Positions 27,138-35,458 of a DNA stretch of 64,000 nt are shown one piece after another. Source of the DNA: an uncultured Acidobacteriota bacterium (GTDB lineage: Bacteria > Acidobacteriota > Thermoanaerobaculia > Multivoradales > UBA5704). The position numbers and the translations under genes are program-made. How positions within the stretch are numbered: the first letter of the stretch is position 1; each line of letters starts with the position of its first letter. The DNA is taken from positions 4,384,001 through 4,448,000 of the forward strand of contig CAVYRF010000002.1 of the NCBI GenBank assembly GCA_963770895.1. Reading direction: 5' to 3'. The notes beneath the pieces were generated by a model. The model was not told where the DNA came from. It did no database searches and was given only the letters and a program-made list of their open reading frames with translations.

Positions 27138-28442
27138 TCAGGGCGGTGCGATCGCCGTCTGGTAGGCCTGGCGGTGGCGGGTGGCGATGGCGTCCCAGGT
27201 CAGGTGGGATTCGGTCTTTTGGCGGCCACGGTCGCCCATCTGGCGTGCGGCGGTGGGATTGGCGAGGAGGTGGGACAGGGCTTGCCGGAGGGCGTCGGGT
27301 TGGTTTTCGGCGACCAGCAGGCCGGTGGTTTCGTGCTCGACGGCCAGGGGGATGCCGGAAATGCCGGAGGCGACGACGGGCAGGCCGCTTGCCATGGCTT
27401 CCAGGATGACGTTGGGCAGGCCGTCGACGTTGCCGCTGGCGTCGTGGATCGCTGGCAGCACGAAGAGGTCGGCGGCGCGGTAGAGGTCGGGGAGGGCGTC
27501 GTGCGCGACCGGACCTGGCAGGTGGACGCGCCCGCGCCAGGGTGCCGTGGCCGCGGCGAGCTGGTCGAGCAGGTCGCCGCCGCCCGCCAGGACGACGTGC
27601 AGGTCGGGGAACTGCGCCAGGAGCGCCGGCAGGATCTCGGCCAGGACGCCGAAGCCCTTCTTGGCCGCCATCCTGCCCACGCCCAGCAGGACGGGCGCCG
27701 CGTCAGGGACGGCCAGGCGCTGCCGCCACAGGCTCCGGCGCTGGGGATCGGGGGCGAATGCGACGGTATCGACGCCGTAGGGGATGACGTGCGACCTGGC
27801 GGCGGGAAAGCCGAGGGCGTCGATCCTGGCGACCAGCTCGGGGGAGCAGCCGGTGAGCACCTGGGTGCGGGCCAGGGCCCGGCGCACCAGGGTGCGCGCT
27901 CCCCAGCGCTCAGCCAGAAAGACGTCGCTGCCGTGCAGGCCGATGGCGAGAGCGGGGCGGCCCTGGCGGCGCCCCTGCCGCGGGCCTGGCCCTGGTGGCA
28001 GGGGTTCTGCCGGCGATCCGGCCGCCGGGAGGGATCCGGCCGCCAAGGAGGGCAGCGCCGCCGCGGCGGCGACGCCGTTGGGGACGATCCAGTGGGCGTG
28101 CACCAGGTCGAAGCGGCGCTGGCGCAGTTGGCGCGCGACCGCCCTGCGCGCCGCCAGGGCGTACAGGGGGGTGACCGCCGCGGTGGCGCCCCGCAGCCGC
28201 AGGTCGGCGGCGAGCGAGCGGCCGTAGCCGACCAGCTCGGCGGCCGCCGGCGCGTAGCGAAAGGTGAGGATCTCGACGCCGCCCGCTTCGCGGCGCGCGG
28301 CGAGGCCCTGCGCGTGCGGCGCCAGGACGGTGACGCGGTCGCCCCCTCGCACCAGGGCGCGGGCCAGCTGTTCGATGAACGGCCCGGCGATGTCGCCGGC
28401 GAAGCGCGGGTAGGTCTGGGTGAGAAAAAGGATGTCGAGCAC
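27138..28442 (-). CDS. Glycosyltransferase family 4 (GT-B)
   Basis: DLVHAHW, HGSD, VGRMAAKKG and DGLPNVILEAMASGLPVV. Confidence 0.92.
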   Translation of the reverse strand: MLDILFLTQTYPRFAGDIAGPFIEQLARALVRGGDRVTVLAPHAQGLAARREAGGVEILTFRYAPAAAELVGYGRSLAADLRLRGATAAVTPLYALAARRAVARQLRQRRFDLVHAHWIVPNGVAAAAALPSLAAGSLPAAGSPAEPLPPGPGPRQGRRQGRPALAIGLHGSDVFLAERWGARTLVRRALARTQVLTGCSPELVARIDALGFPAARSHVIPYGVDTVAFAPDPQRRSLWRQRLAVPDAAPVLLGVGRMAAKKGFGVLAEILPALLAQFPDLHVVLAGGGDLLDQLAAATAPWRGRVHLPGPVAHDALPDLYRAADLFVLPAIHDASGNVDGLPNVILEAMASGLPVVASGISGIPLAVEHETTGLLVAENQPDALRQALSHLLANPTAARQMGDRGRQKTESHLTWDAIATRHRQAYQTAIAPP

Positions 28443-28494
28443 GGCGATGGCGGGTGCGGGCGGCCTGGGGCGCGGAGCCAGCCTAGGCCACTAG

Positions 28495-28634
28495 TACTAC
28501 TGTGTCACGCCAGCAGAAAAAGCCTGCCAGCGTTGAATTCCACGAAATTTTCAGAAGTATTCAATTGAAATACGCAAAGCACTGAGACAGAACAACTTGC
28601 ACGGCTGCCTGTGCGAGTTTGTGACACTGTAGTA
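28495..28634. mobile_element. MITE-like AT-rich insert (140 bp) flanked by CTAG
   Basis: CTAG|TACTACTGTGTCAC ... GTGACACTGTAGTA|CTAG: 17/18 inverted match including CTAG. Interior is markedly more AT-rich than the flanks. Confidence 0.7.
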
Positions 28635-28650
28635 CTAGACTAGTGCCGGG

Positions 28651-29652
28651 TCAGAGCAGGCGCTCTTTGATCGAGTAGCTGTCGGGGCGGTGGAAGTTCT
28701 TGAAGGTGATCATCTCGGCGAGCAGGCCGGTGGTCAGGACCTGGATGCCGAGCAGCATGAGCAGGACGCCGAGCAGCAGCAGGGGGCGGTTGGAGAGCGT
28801 CGCCCCGCGCAGCCACAGGATGGCGAGATAGAGATCGATCGAAAAGCCGGCGCCCAGGAACACCAGGCCGATGGCGCCGAACAGGTGCAGCGGCCGGCGG
28901 GTGTAGCGGGTGATGAAGAGCACCGTCAGCAGGTCGAGAAGGCCCTTGTAGAAGCGATCCCAGCCGTACTTGCTGGTGCCGTGGCGGCGCGGGTGGTGGG
29001 CGACCGCCAGCTCGCCCACGGCGAAGCCGCGACGGCTGGCCAGGACCGGGATGTAGCGGTGCAGCTCGCCGTAGACGGCGATCTGGTCGAGGACTTCGCG
29101 GCGGTAGACCTTGAAGCCGGAATTGAAGTCGTGCAGATCGACGCCCGCCAGCCGCCGGGTGACCCAGTTGAAGACGCGCGACGGGATGCGCTTGCCGGCG
29201 GGGTCGCGCCGCTCGCGCTTCCAGCCGGAGACCAGGTCCAGGTCCTGGGTTTCCAGGGCTTCGAGCAGGCGCGGGATCTCGTCCGGGTCGTCCTGCAGGT
29301 CGCCGTCCATGGTGATGACCAGGGTGCCGCGCGAGTGCTCGATGCCGGCCGACAGCGCCGCGGCTTTGCCGAAGTTGCGCCGCAGGCGCACCAGCTTGAT
29401 GCGCGGATCGGCGCGATGGGCGGCGCGCACGCGCTCGGCGGTGCCGTCGCGCGAGCCGTCGTCGACGAAGACCACCTCGAAGCTGCGCCCCAGGCGCGAC
29501 AGCACCGCGAGCAGGCGCGCCGCCAGCTCCTGGACGGACTCGGCTTCGTCGAGCACCGGCACCAGGACGCTGAGGTCGAGGTCGTCCTGCGCCGGCGCCG
29601 ATGCCAGGTCGCGCTGTGCGGCGGCGGCCGCCGGGGCGGTCTGCGGGGTCAT
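28651..29652 (-). CDS. Glycosyltransferase family 2 (polyprenol-phosphate glycosyltransferase, ArnC/GtrB-like)
   Basis: VDDGSRDGT, RNFGKAAAL, MDGDLQDDP, HRYIPVLA and two C-terminal TM helices. Confidence 0.92.
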   Translation of the reverse strand: MTPQTAPAAAAAQRDLASAPAQDDLDLSVLVPVLDEAESVQELAARLLAVLSRLGRSFEVVFVDDGSRDGTAERVRAAHRADPRIKLVRLRRNFGKAAALSAGIEHSRGTLVITMDGDLQDDPDEIPRLLEALETQDLDLVSGWKRERRDPAGKRIPSRVFNWVTRRLAGVDLHDFNSGFKVYRREVLDQIAVYGELHRYIPVLASRRGFAVGELAVAHHPRRHGTSKYGWDRFYKGLLDLLTVLFITRYTRRPLHLFGAIGLVFLGAGFSIDLYLAILWLRGATLSNRPLLLLGVLLMLLGIQVLTTGLLAEMITFKNFHRPDSYSIKERLL

Positions 29653-29718
29653 TTGGCGGCCATTGTACCAGCAGGCTTGGGCACCGCCGGGGCGGCCGCC
29701 GACGCCGGCTACCGCCGG

Positions 29719-31077
29719 CTACCGACGGCCCGGACCGACGCCGGCGCCCGCGGCGCGTGCGGCGACGATGGCCAGGGCGGCGTTGCGGCCGCTGCGCATC
29801 GAGTGGTCCATGTTGAAGTACTGCCACTCGCCGAAGCGGCCGACGTTCCAGATGCCGTGCTGGCGCAGCCAGCTGCCGATCAGCTCGACGTGGGCACGGT
29901 GCGCCAGGTCGTAGATGACGTAGGCGGGCTCGATCTCTTCGGTGTGGATGAGCTCGATCGGGTCGTCGGCGCCCAGGATGCCGGCTGCCCGCAGCGCCGT
30001 GATGGTCTGCTCGACGGCGGCGTCGCGGGCCAGCGGCCGCTCGCGCGAGAAGGCGACTTCGGTGGCGATCGAGCTCTTGCCGGGCGGCACCGTGTCGGGG
30101 CTGAACGACGCCGGGAACGACAGGCGGTGGAAGGGGAACAGGTCTTCGTAGAAGTAGACCCAGTGCATGTCCGACAGGTCGGGCCTGCCGATCCCCAGGT
30201 TGATGCAGTAGATGCCCTGGTAGCGCAGCGCCTGGCACGCTCGTTCCACTTCCGGCGGGACGCCGCTGAACAGCTGCGGGATCTGCGGCAGGGGCAGCGA
30301 AAAGATCAGGTTTTCGAAGGGCACCACCTCGCCGTCGGCAAAGACCACCTGCTTGGCCGGCAGCTCGACGCGCACCGCGGTGCGGCCGACGTGGACGCTG
30401 GCCGGGTCGAGGCGGGCGCCCAGGGCGCGCGGCAGCGGTTCGATGGCGCCGTGGCGCGGGTACCAGAATGCCGCGGTGGCGCCGATCTGCGCCACGTCGT
30501 CGGTCAGGGCGCCGGCGATGATGCGCTCGAAGTCGGGGGTCGGCACCCGCCGCCCGATCCAGCTGAATTCCATTTCGCTCGGCTCGACCGTCCAGATCTT
30601 GCGCGCGTAGGGGATCATCAGGTGGTCGGCGATGCCGTCGCCGAAGAATCCGCGCATCCACTGCTCGTAGTTGGCCGGCGCGAAGTGGCCGCGCTCCTGC
30701 TGCTGGATCGCCCGCACCAGCCCGACCAGGCAGTCGCGCACCATCGGCACCGGCAGACCGAACAGGTGCGCCTGAAACGGGAACCGGGTGTACAGGCGGT
30801 GCGCGTGGTGGTAGATGAACGCCCGCCGCTCCTGGGCGTGGAAGTTGTCGCCCAGCAGGTCGCGGATCAGCGCTTCGATCTCGCCGTCGATGGTGAACAG
30901 GATGTGCGGCCCGTGATCGAAGAGATACCCGTCGATCGCCACCGAGCGCGCCAGCCCTCCCACGCGCTCTTCCCGTTCGTAGAGCTGCCACCCGGTCGCG
31001 CCGGCCTGCTGCAGCGTGTAGGCGGCGGTCATCCCCGAGAGGCCGCCGCCCAAGATCACATCCTGTCGTTCGCGCAT
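29719..31077 (-). CDS. FAD-dependent oxidoreductase (UDP-galactopyranose-mutase/HemY-like)
   Basis: ILGGGLSG, VGGLARS, FDHGPH, FWYPRHG, AYVIYD and GRFGEWQYFNMDHS. Confidence 0.85.
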   Translation of the reverse strand: MRERQDVILGGGLSGMTAAYTLQQAGATGWQLYEREERVGGLARSVAIDGYLFDHGPHILFTIDGEIEALIRDLLGDNFHAQERRAFIYHHAHRLYTRFPFQAHLFGLPVPMVRDCLVGLVRAIQQQERGHFAPANYEQWMRGFFGDGIADHLMIPYARKIWTVEPSEMEFSWIGRRVPTPDFERIIAGALTDDVAQIGATAAFWYPRHGAIEPLPRALGARLDPASVHVGRTAVRVELPAKQVVFADGEVVPFENLIFSLPLPQIPQLFSGVPPEVERACQALRYQGIYCINLGIGRPDLSDMHWVYFYEDLFPFHRLSFPASFSPDTVPPGKSSIATEVAFSRERPLARDAAVEQTITALRAAGILGADDPIELIHTEEIEPAYVIYDLAHRAHVELIGSWLRQHGIWNVGRFGEWQYFNMDHSMRSGRNAALAIVAARAAGAGVGPGRR

Positions 31078-31090
31078 GCGCGGGTCGAGG

Positions 31091-31666
31091 TCAGGTCGGA
31101 TCTTGCGTCATGGCGTGCAGCTTGAGGATGGTGGCCCAGTTGCGCGAGGTCACGGCGTCGCGCAGGGCGCGGCCCACGGTGTTGGCCAGGCGGCTTTCCA
31201 GGATGCCTTGCGCGCACCAGGTGTAGGCGACGCGGTCGCCCAGGGCGAGCGCGTCCGGCGCCCAGTCTTCCTTGAGGAGCGCCGTCAGGCGCGGCAGGTG
31301 GGCGGGATCGTTGAGCACGGCGACCAGCAGCCGCGCCGGGTCGTCGGCGACCGCGAGCAGCGGGTTGCCGGCGACGATGGCGGCGATTTCCTCGGCGCTC
31401 AGCACGGTCACCCGCGCCGGGACGCCGATGCGGTCGGTGAGCCCGGCTTCGATGCTGGCGGCGGCCTTGGCGGCGGCACCCGGCGGCCCGGTGAAGACCA
31501 CGTTGCCGCTGTTGAGCAGGGTGCGCACGTCGCCGTAGCCCAGGCCGGCGACCAGGGCGCGCAGGTCCGCCATGGAGATGCGTTTGGCGCGGCCGACGTT
31601 GATGCCGCGCAACAGGGCGACGTACTTCTGAGCCGGCTTCTGAGCCGGCGCCGGCTTGGATGGCAT
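31091..31666 (-). CDS. DUF1697 family protein
   Basis: YVALLRGINVG...MADLR...VRTLLNSGNVVF...TSRNWATI. True start is ATG 31666 within a longer ORF. Confidence 0.9.
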   Translation of the reverse strand: MPSKPAPAQKPAQKYVALLRGINVGRAKRISMADLRALVAGLGYGDVRTLLNSGNVVFTGPPGAAAKAAASIEAGLTDRIGVPARVTVLSAEEIAAIVAGNPLLAVADDPARLLVAVLNDPAHLPRLTALLKEDWAPDALALGDRVAYTWCAQGILESRLANTVGRALRDAVTSRNWATILKLHAMTQDPT

Positions 31667-31722
31667 GGGCGCGATTGTAGCGGATCGCAGCCCTGGCGGC
31701 TCGCGGCGGGACAGGCCGGCCG

Positions 31723-33234
31723 CTACCTGCCGGTGCGGGCGAAGAGGGCGACCGGGCCGCTGGCGAAGACCGGGTGGTAGAGGGCGCGGATGCGCGCCGC
31801 CACCGGCGAAGGTTCGGGCAGGTGCCAGGTGTAGATGAAATCGACGTTGCCGGCGATCGCCGCGACGTCGAGGCCGGCGGGCGGGCTTGCCAGCAGCGGC
31901 AGGTCGAGCTTGCCGGAGACGCCGGGCCGGAAGCGCAGCGGGAACAGCGTCGTCATCGCTTCGTAGTTGTCCCAATCGATCAGCCCTTTTTCGGCCGCGG
32001 CGTAGCCGGTCAGGTGACCCAGGACGGGGCTGCGCAGGCGCGAGCCGTCGGCGGCGAAGGTGAGCGGCAGCAGGCGGCTGTCGGCGGGCACGGCGTCCAG
32101 GCCGCGCAGGTAGGCGCGCAGCAGCGGATCGAGCCGCAGCCAGGCGCGGCCGACCAGCAGCAGGTTGGCCAGCGCGACGATGGCGAGCGCGCCGACGACG
32201 GCGCGCCGCGCCGCCGGCCCGATGCGGGCGCTGAACCAGGGCAGCAGGACCAGGAAGGGATAGAGGCCCAGCCGCGGCTTGAGGTAGGAGCCGCCGGCCA
32301 TGCCGTCCGGAAACACCAGCAGCAGCACCGCGAACAGCAGGCTGAGCAGCAGGAAGGCGTCTTCGGGCCGTACCGCCAGGCGCCATCGGCCCGCCGGGTT
32401 CCACCGCAGGCCCTCGACTCCGACGCGGGCGGCGAGCAGGGCGGCGAAGATCAGCGCCAGCGGCAGCCCGAGCGCGTCGCGCGGCGCGGCGTCGAGCGAG
32501 ATGGCGCTGGCCCGCAGCAGGTAGGGCCAGGCGCTTTCGGCGCCGCCTGCCGGCAGCATCGGCTGGCCGTGCTGGACCCACACGAACCACAGCGGCAGCG
32601 CGAGCTGCGGCGCGAGCACCGCCAGGTGGCGCAGGTGCCGCCGCCAGTTGTCGGCGCGCAGGGTCGCCGCCCACAGGACGCCGATCGCCGCCACCGCCAG
32701 CAGCAGCGACACGATGTGGGCAAAGTAGCAGGCGAGCAGCAGGCAGGACAGGACCAGCGCCGGCCGCGGCGCCGGCCGCTCGCGATGGCGCCACCAGTAG
32801 CCCAGGGCGATCAGGAAGAGCGCGACGCTCAGGCAGAAGTTGTAAAAGCCGAGCGCCAGCGCTGCGTTGAAGACGAACGGGAACCCCAGGAAGGCGTAGA
32901 ACCGCCGCGCCGGGTCGACGGCCCCGGCCAGGTACCAGCAGGCAAAGAGCAGCAGCAGGACGTAGCCGCTGACCAGCAGCTTTTCCGCCACCACCGGCGG
33001 CGCCACGACCATCAGCAGCGCCAGCAGGGCATGGCCCAGCCAGTTGGGCAGCGGCCGCCAATCGACCTGGTAGAAGCGCGCGAAGAGCGGGTAGTCCGCG
33101 TGGTTGCCGTACTGGCGGAGCACCCAGGCGTTATACACGTGGCTGGGGCCGTCGAGCGTCGGCAGGTAGGCGACCATCCACGGCGGCGCCACGTAGAGCG
33201 CCGCCAAAACGACAAACAGGCAGAGCAGCGCCAC
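31723..33234 (-). CDS. Polytopic membrane protein, GT-C-like
   Basis: About 11-12 TM segments, first-loop PTLDGPSH motif, soluble C-terminal domain. Confidence 0.7.
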   Translation of the reverse strand: MALLCLFVVLAALYVAPPWMVAYLPTLDGPSHVYNAWVLRQYGNHADYPLFARFYQVDWRPLPNWLGHALLALLMVVAPPVVAEKLLVSGYVLLLLFACWYLAGAVDPARRFYAFLGFPFVFNAALALGFYNFCLSVALFLIALGYWWRHRERPAPRPALVLSCLLLACYFAHIVSLLLAVAAIGVLWAATLRADNWRRHLRHLAVLAPQLALPLWFVWVQHGQPMLPAGGAESAWPYLLRASAISLDAAPRDALGLPLALIFAALLAARVGVEGLRWNPAGRWRLAVRPEDAFLLLSLLFAVLLLVFPDGMAGGSYLKPRLGLYPFLVLLPWFSARIGPAARRAVVGALAIVALANLLLVGRAWLRLDPLLRAYLRGLDAVPADSRLLPLTFAADGSRLRSPVLGHLTGYAAAEKGLIDWDNYEAMTTLFPLRFRPGVSGKLDLPLLASPPAGLDVAAIAGNVDFIYTWHLPEPSPVAARIRALYHPVFASGPVALFARTGR

Positions 33235-33648
33235 CGGCCGCCGCCCCGCGCCTGGCCGCGCCGGGTCCGCGTCGGGGACCGGTGCAAGGGGTGGAATCGA
33301 GGACTGCGAAGACGTATCCGCTCCTTCTGGCGGCCGGGACGGGAAATTAGTGCCCCGCCCGGTTCATTCGCTTGGTGGTCGCGCCGCGATCCGGTCCTCT
33401 GGCAAGGCGCGCCGACGCAGGGCCACCGCGAGATTATGCCGGCTGGTACGGAGTGCCGCCAGGCTTGCCGCTGTCGGCTGTCCGCTGTCCGCGGCCGCGC
33501 CGGCGGGTGCGCGGGCTCACCGAGGGCTCCGATGGGCCCCTCCCCCTTGCGGTTCCACCATCTGGATGCATAGAATTGCCTTAGCAACGGCTGATCTCAA
33601 GCAGATGTCGCCAAACCCGCAAACGGGTCGCCTCCCAGGGAGCAGCGC

Positions 33649-35103
33649 ATGGCTCTAGTCGATGAACCGCGCCATCCATGGCCTGACGCTGGCGCTTCGA
33701 TCGCAGCTCCGGTCGCCGCGAGGGCCGGCGGCGCCCGCGCCGATGGCCTGGATCCCCTGGCACCCTCCGGCACCGCGGCCACCGCCGCGCCGGCGGCGGC
33801 CGTTGGCGCCGCCACGGCCGCCGAGCCGCTGGCGGCGGATTGGAGTTTTGCCCAGCGGTTCGCGCTGCGCTTCGCCGCCTGCTACGCGCTGCTGTACTAC
33901 GGCATCTCGCTGTTGATCTACATCCCCGGGGCGGGCGTTGTGGTGGGGCCGTATGTGAACCTGTGGATGCGATTCATCCCCTGGGTCGGCAAGGCGGTGC
34001 TGCACCTGGCCGCTCCGGTCGCCACCTATCCCAACGGCAACGGCAGCGGCGACACGATGTACGACTGGGTGCAGCAGCTCTGCTACCTGGTGTTCGCCGT
34101 CGCCGTCGCCGGCGTCTGGAGCATCGTCGCGCGGCGGCGCCGCGAGGAGCGCCGGCTGTACGAATGGCTGCGCCTGTTTGCCCGCTACAGCCTGGCCTTT
34201 ATCCTGCTCGGCTACGGCTTTGCGAAGGTCATCAAGATGCAGTTCCCGGACCCCAGCCCGCTGCGCCTGGTCGAGCCGGTGGGCGAGATGTCGCCGATGG
34301 GGCTGCTGTGGACGTTCATGGGCTTTTCGGCGCCGTACACGTTTTTTGCCGGCGCGGCCGAGGTGGTGGGCGCGGCGCTGCTGCTGTTCCGCCGCACCAC
34401 CACGCTGGGCGCCCTGGTGTTGATCTCGGTGATGACCAACGTCGTCATGCTCAACTTCTGCTACGAAGTGCCGGTCAAGCTTTTTTCGACCAACCTGCTG
34501 CTGGTGGCGGTGTTTCTGGCGCTGCCCGACCTGCGCCGCCTGGCGGACGTGCTGGTGTTCAACCGCCCGACCCGGCCGGCCGTGGAGGTGCCGCTGGTCA
34601 CCGCCCGCTGGGCGAAGATCGGCGGCCTGGTGCTGAAGGTGGTGCTGGTCGGGTTCGTGCTGTACACCCACGTCGACGGCACCCTGGAGGCGCAGCGCGC
34701 GTATGCCGGCGTGGCGACCCAGGGGCCGCTCGCCGGCGCTTACGACGTCGAAGATTTTGCGCTGGCCGGCAAGTCCCTGCCGCCGGTCGCCGGCGACGCC
34801 AACCGATGGAAGCGGATGGCAGCCCAGCGGCAGATGGTCGCGGTGTACCGCATGGACGATACGCTCCAGCGGTATGCCGCCACGGTGGACCCGCAGCGGC
34901 GCACGCTCGCCTTGGCGGACCTGGCGAGCAAGGCGCCGGTGGGGGCGCTGGTGTGGTCGCGGCCGGACCCCAACCACCTGATCCTGCAGGGCACCCTGTC
35001 GAAGCAACCGGTGCTCATCAAGCTGCGCCGCCTGGACACCAGCAAGGCGCCGCTGCTGCGCCGCGGCTTCCACTGGGTCAACGAGCTGCCGTATAACCGT
35101 TAG
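33649..35103 (+). CDS. DoxX-like integral membrane protein
   Basis: GSGDT, YGFAKV..MQFP, SPMGLLWTFMGFS, LNFCYEVPVKLFS and RGFHWVNELPYNR. Confidence 0.75.
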   Translation: MALVDEPRHPWPDAGASIAAPVAARAGGARADGLDPLAPSGTAATAAPAAAVGAATAAEPLAADWSFAQRFALRFAACYALLYYGISLLIYIPGAGVVVGPYVNLWMRFIPWVGKAVLHLAAPVATYPNGNGSGDTMYDWVQQLCYLVFAVAVAGVWSIVARRRREERRLYEWLRLFARYSLAFILLGYGFAKVIKMQFPDPSPLRLVEPVGEMSPMGLLWTFMGFSAPYTFFAGAAEVVGAALLLFRRTTTLGALVLISVMTNVVMLNFCYEVPVKLFSTNLLLVAVFLALPDLRRLADVLVFNRPTRPAVEVPLVTARWAKIGGLVLKVVLVGFVLYTHVDGTLEAQRAYAGVATQGPLAGAYDVEDFALAGKSLPPVAGDANRWKRMAAQRQMVAVYRMDDTLQRYAATVDPQRRTLALADLASKAPVGALVWSRPDPNHLILQGTLSKQPVLIKLRRLDTSKAPLLRRGFHWVNELPYNR

Positions 35104-35264
35104 TGGCCCGCACGGTTACTTCGCTTGCCATTCGCTTGCCCTCCACGCCCCTGGCTTCGTTGCGCCTCCTCGACATACGTTTCGACTATGCCTGCGTCGG
35201 CGGCGCCTCGCCAGGAACGCGGATGGCGGCGCGACTGACAAGCGGAGTAACCGTGCGGGACACT
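35102..35264. mobile_element. MITE/REP-like element with 26-bp terminal inverted repeats
   Basis: AGTGGCCCGCACGGTTACTTCGCTTG versus the reverse complement of the right end, AGTGTCCCGCACGGTTACTCCGCTTG (24/26). Overlaps the TAG stop of the upstream gene. Confidence 0.7.
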
Positions 35265-35458
35265 CGGCGGGGGCAACTCGTGCCGTGGGGCGGCCGCTGC
35301 CGCGTTGCGGCGTCGCGGCATCGCAGTGCGGCAAAATGGCACGACCAGTCGTCTTGCGCCGCCGGGAAGATGGGAGTAGACTCGATGTCGCACTGCGGCA
35401 TAACGGGGCGCACAGGCCGCCTTGGACGCCGCGTCAGGCGCAAGGGAGAATAGCCACC

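Noticed and set aside
31091-33061. 656-aa ORF as a DUF1697 fusion
   Set aside because: Only the last 191 codons are DUF1697; the rest overlaps the membrane-protein gene in another frame.
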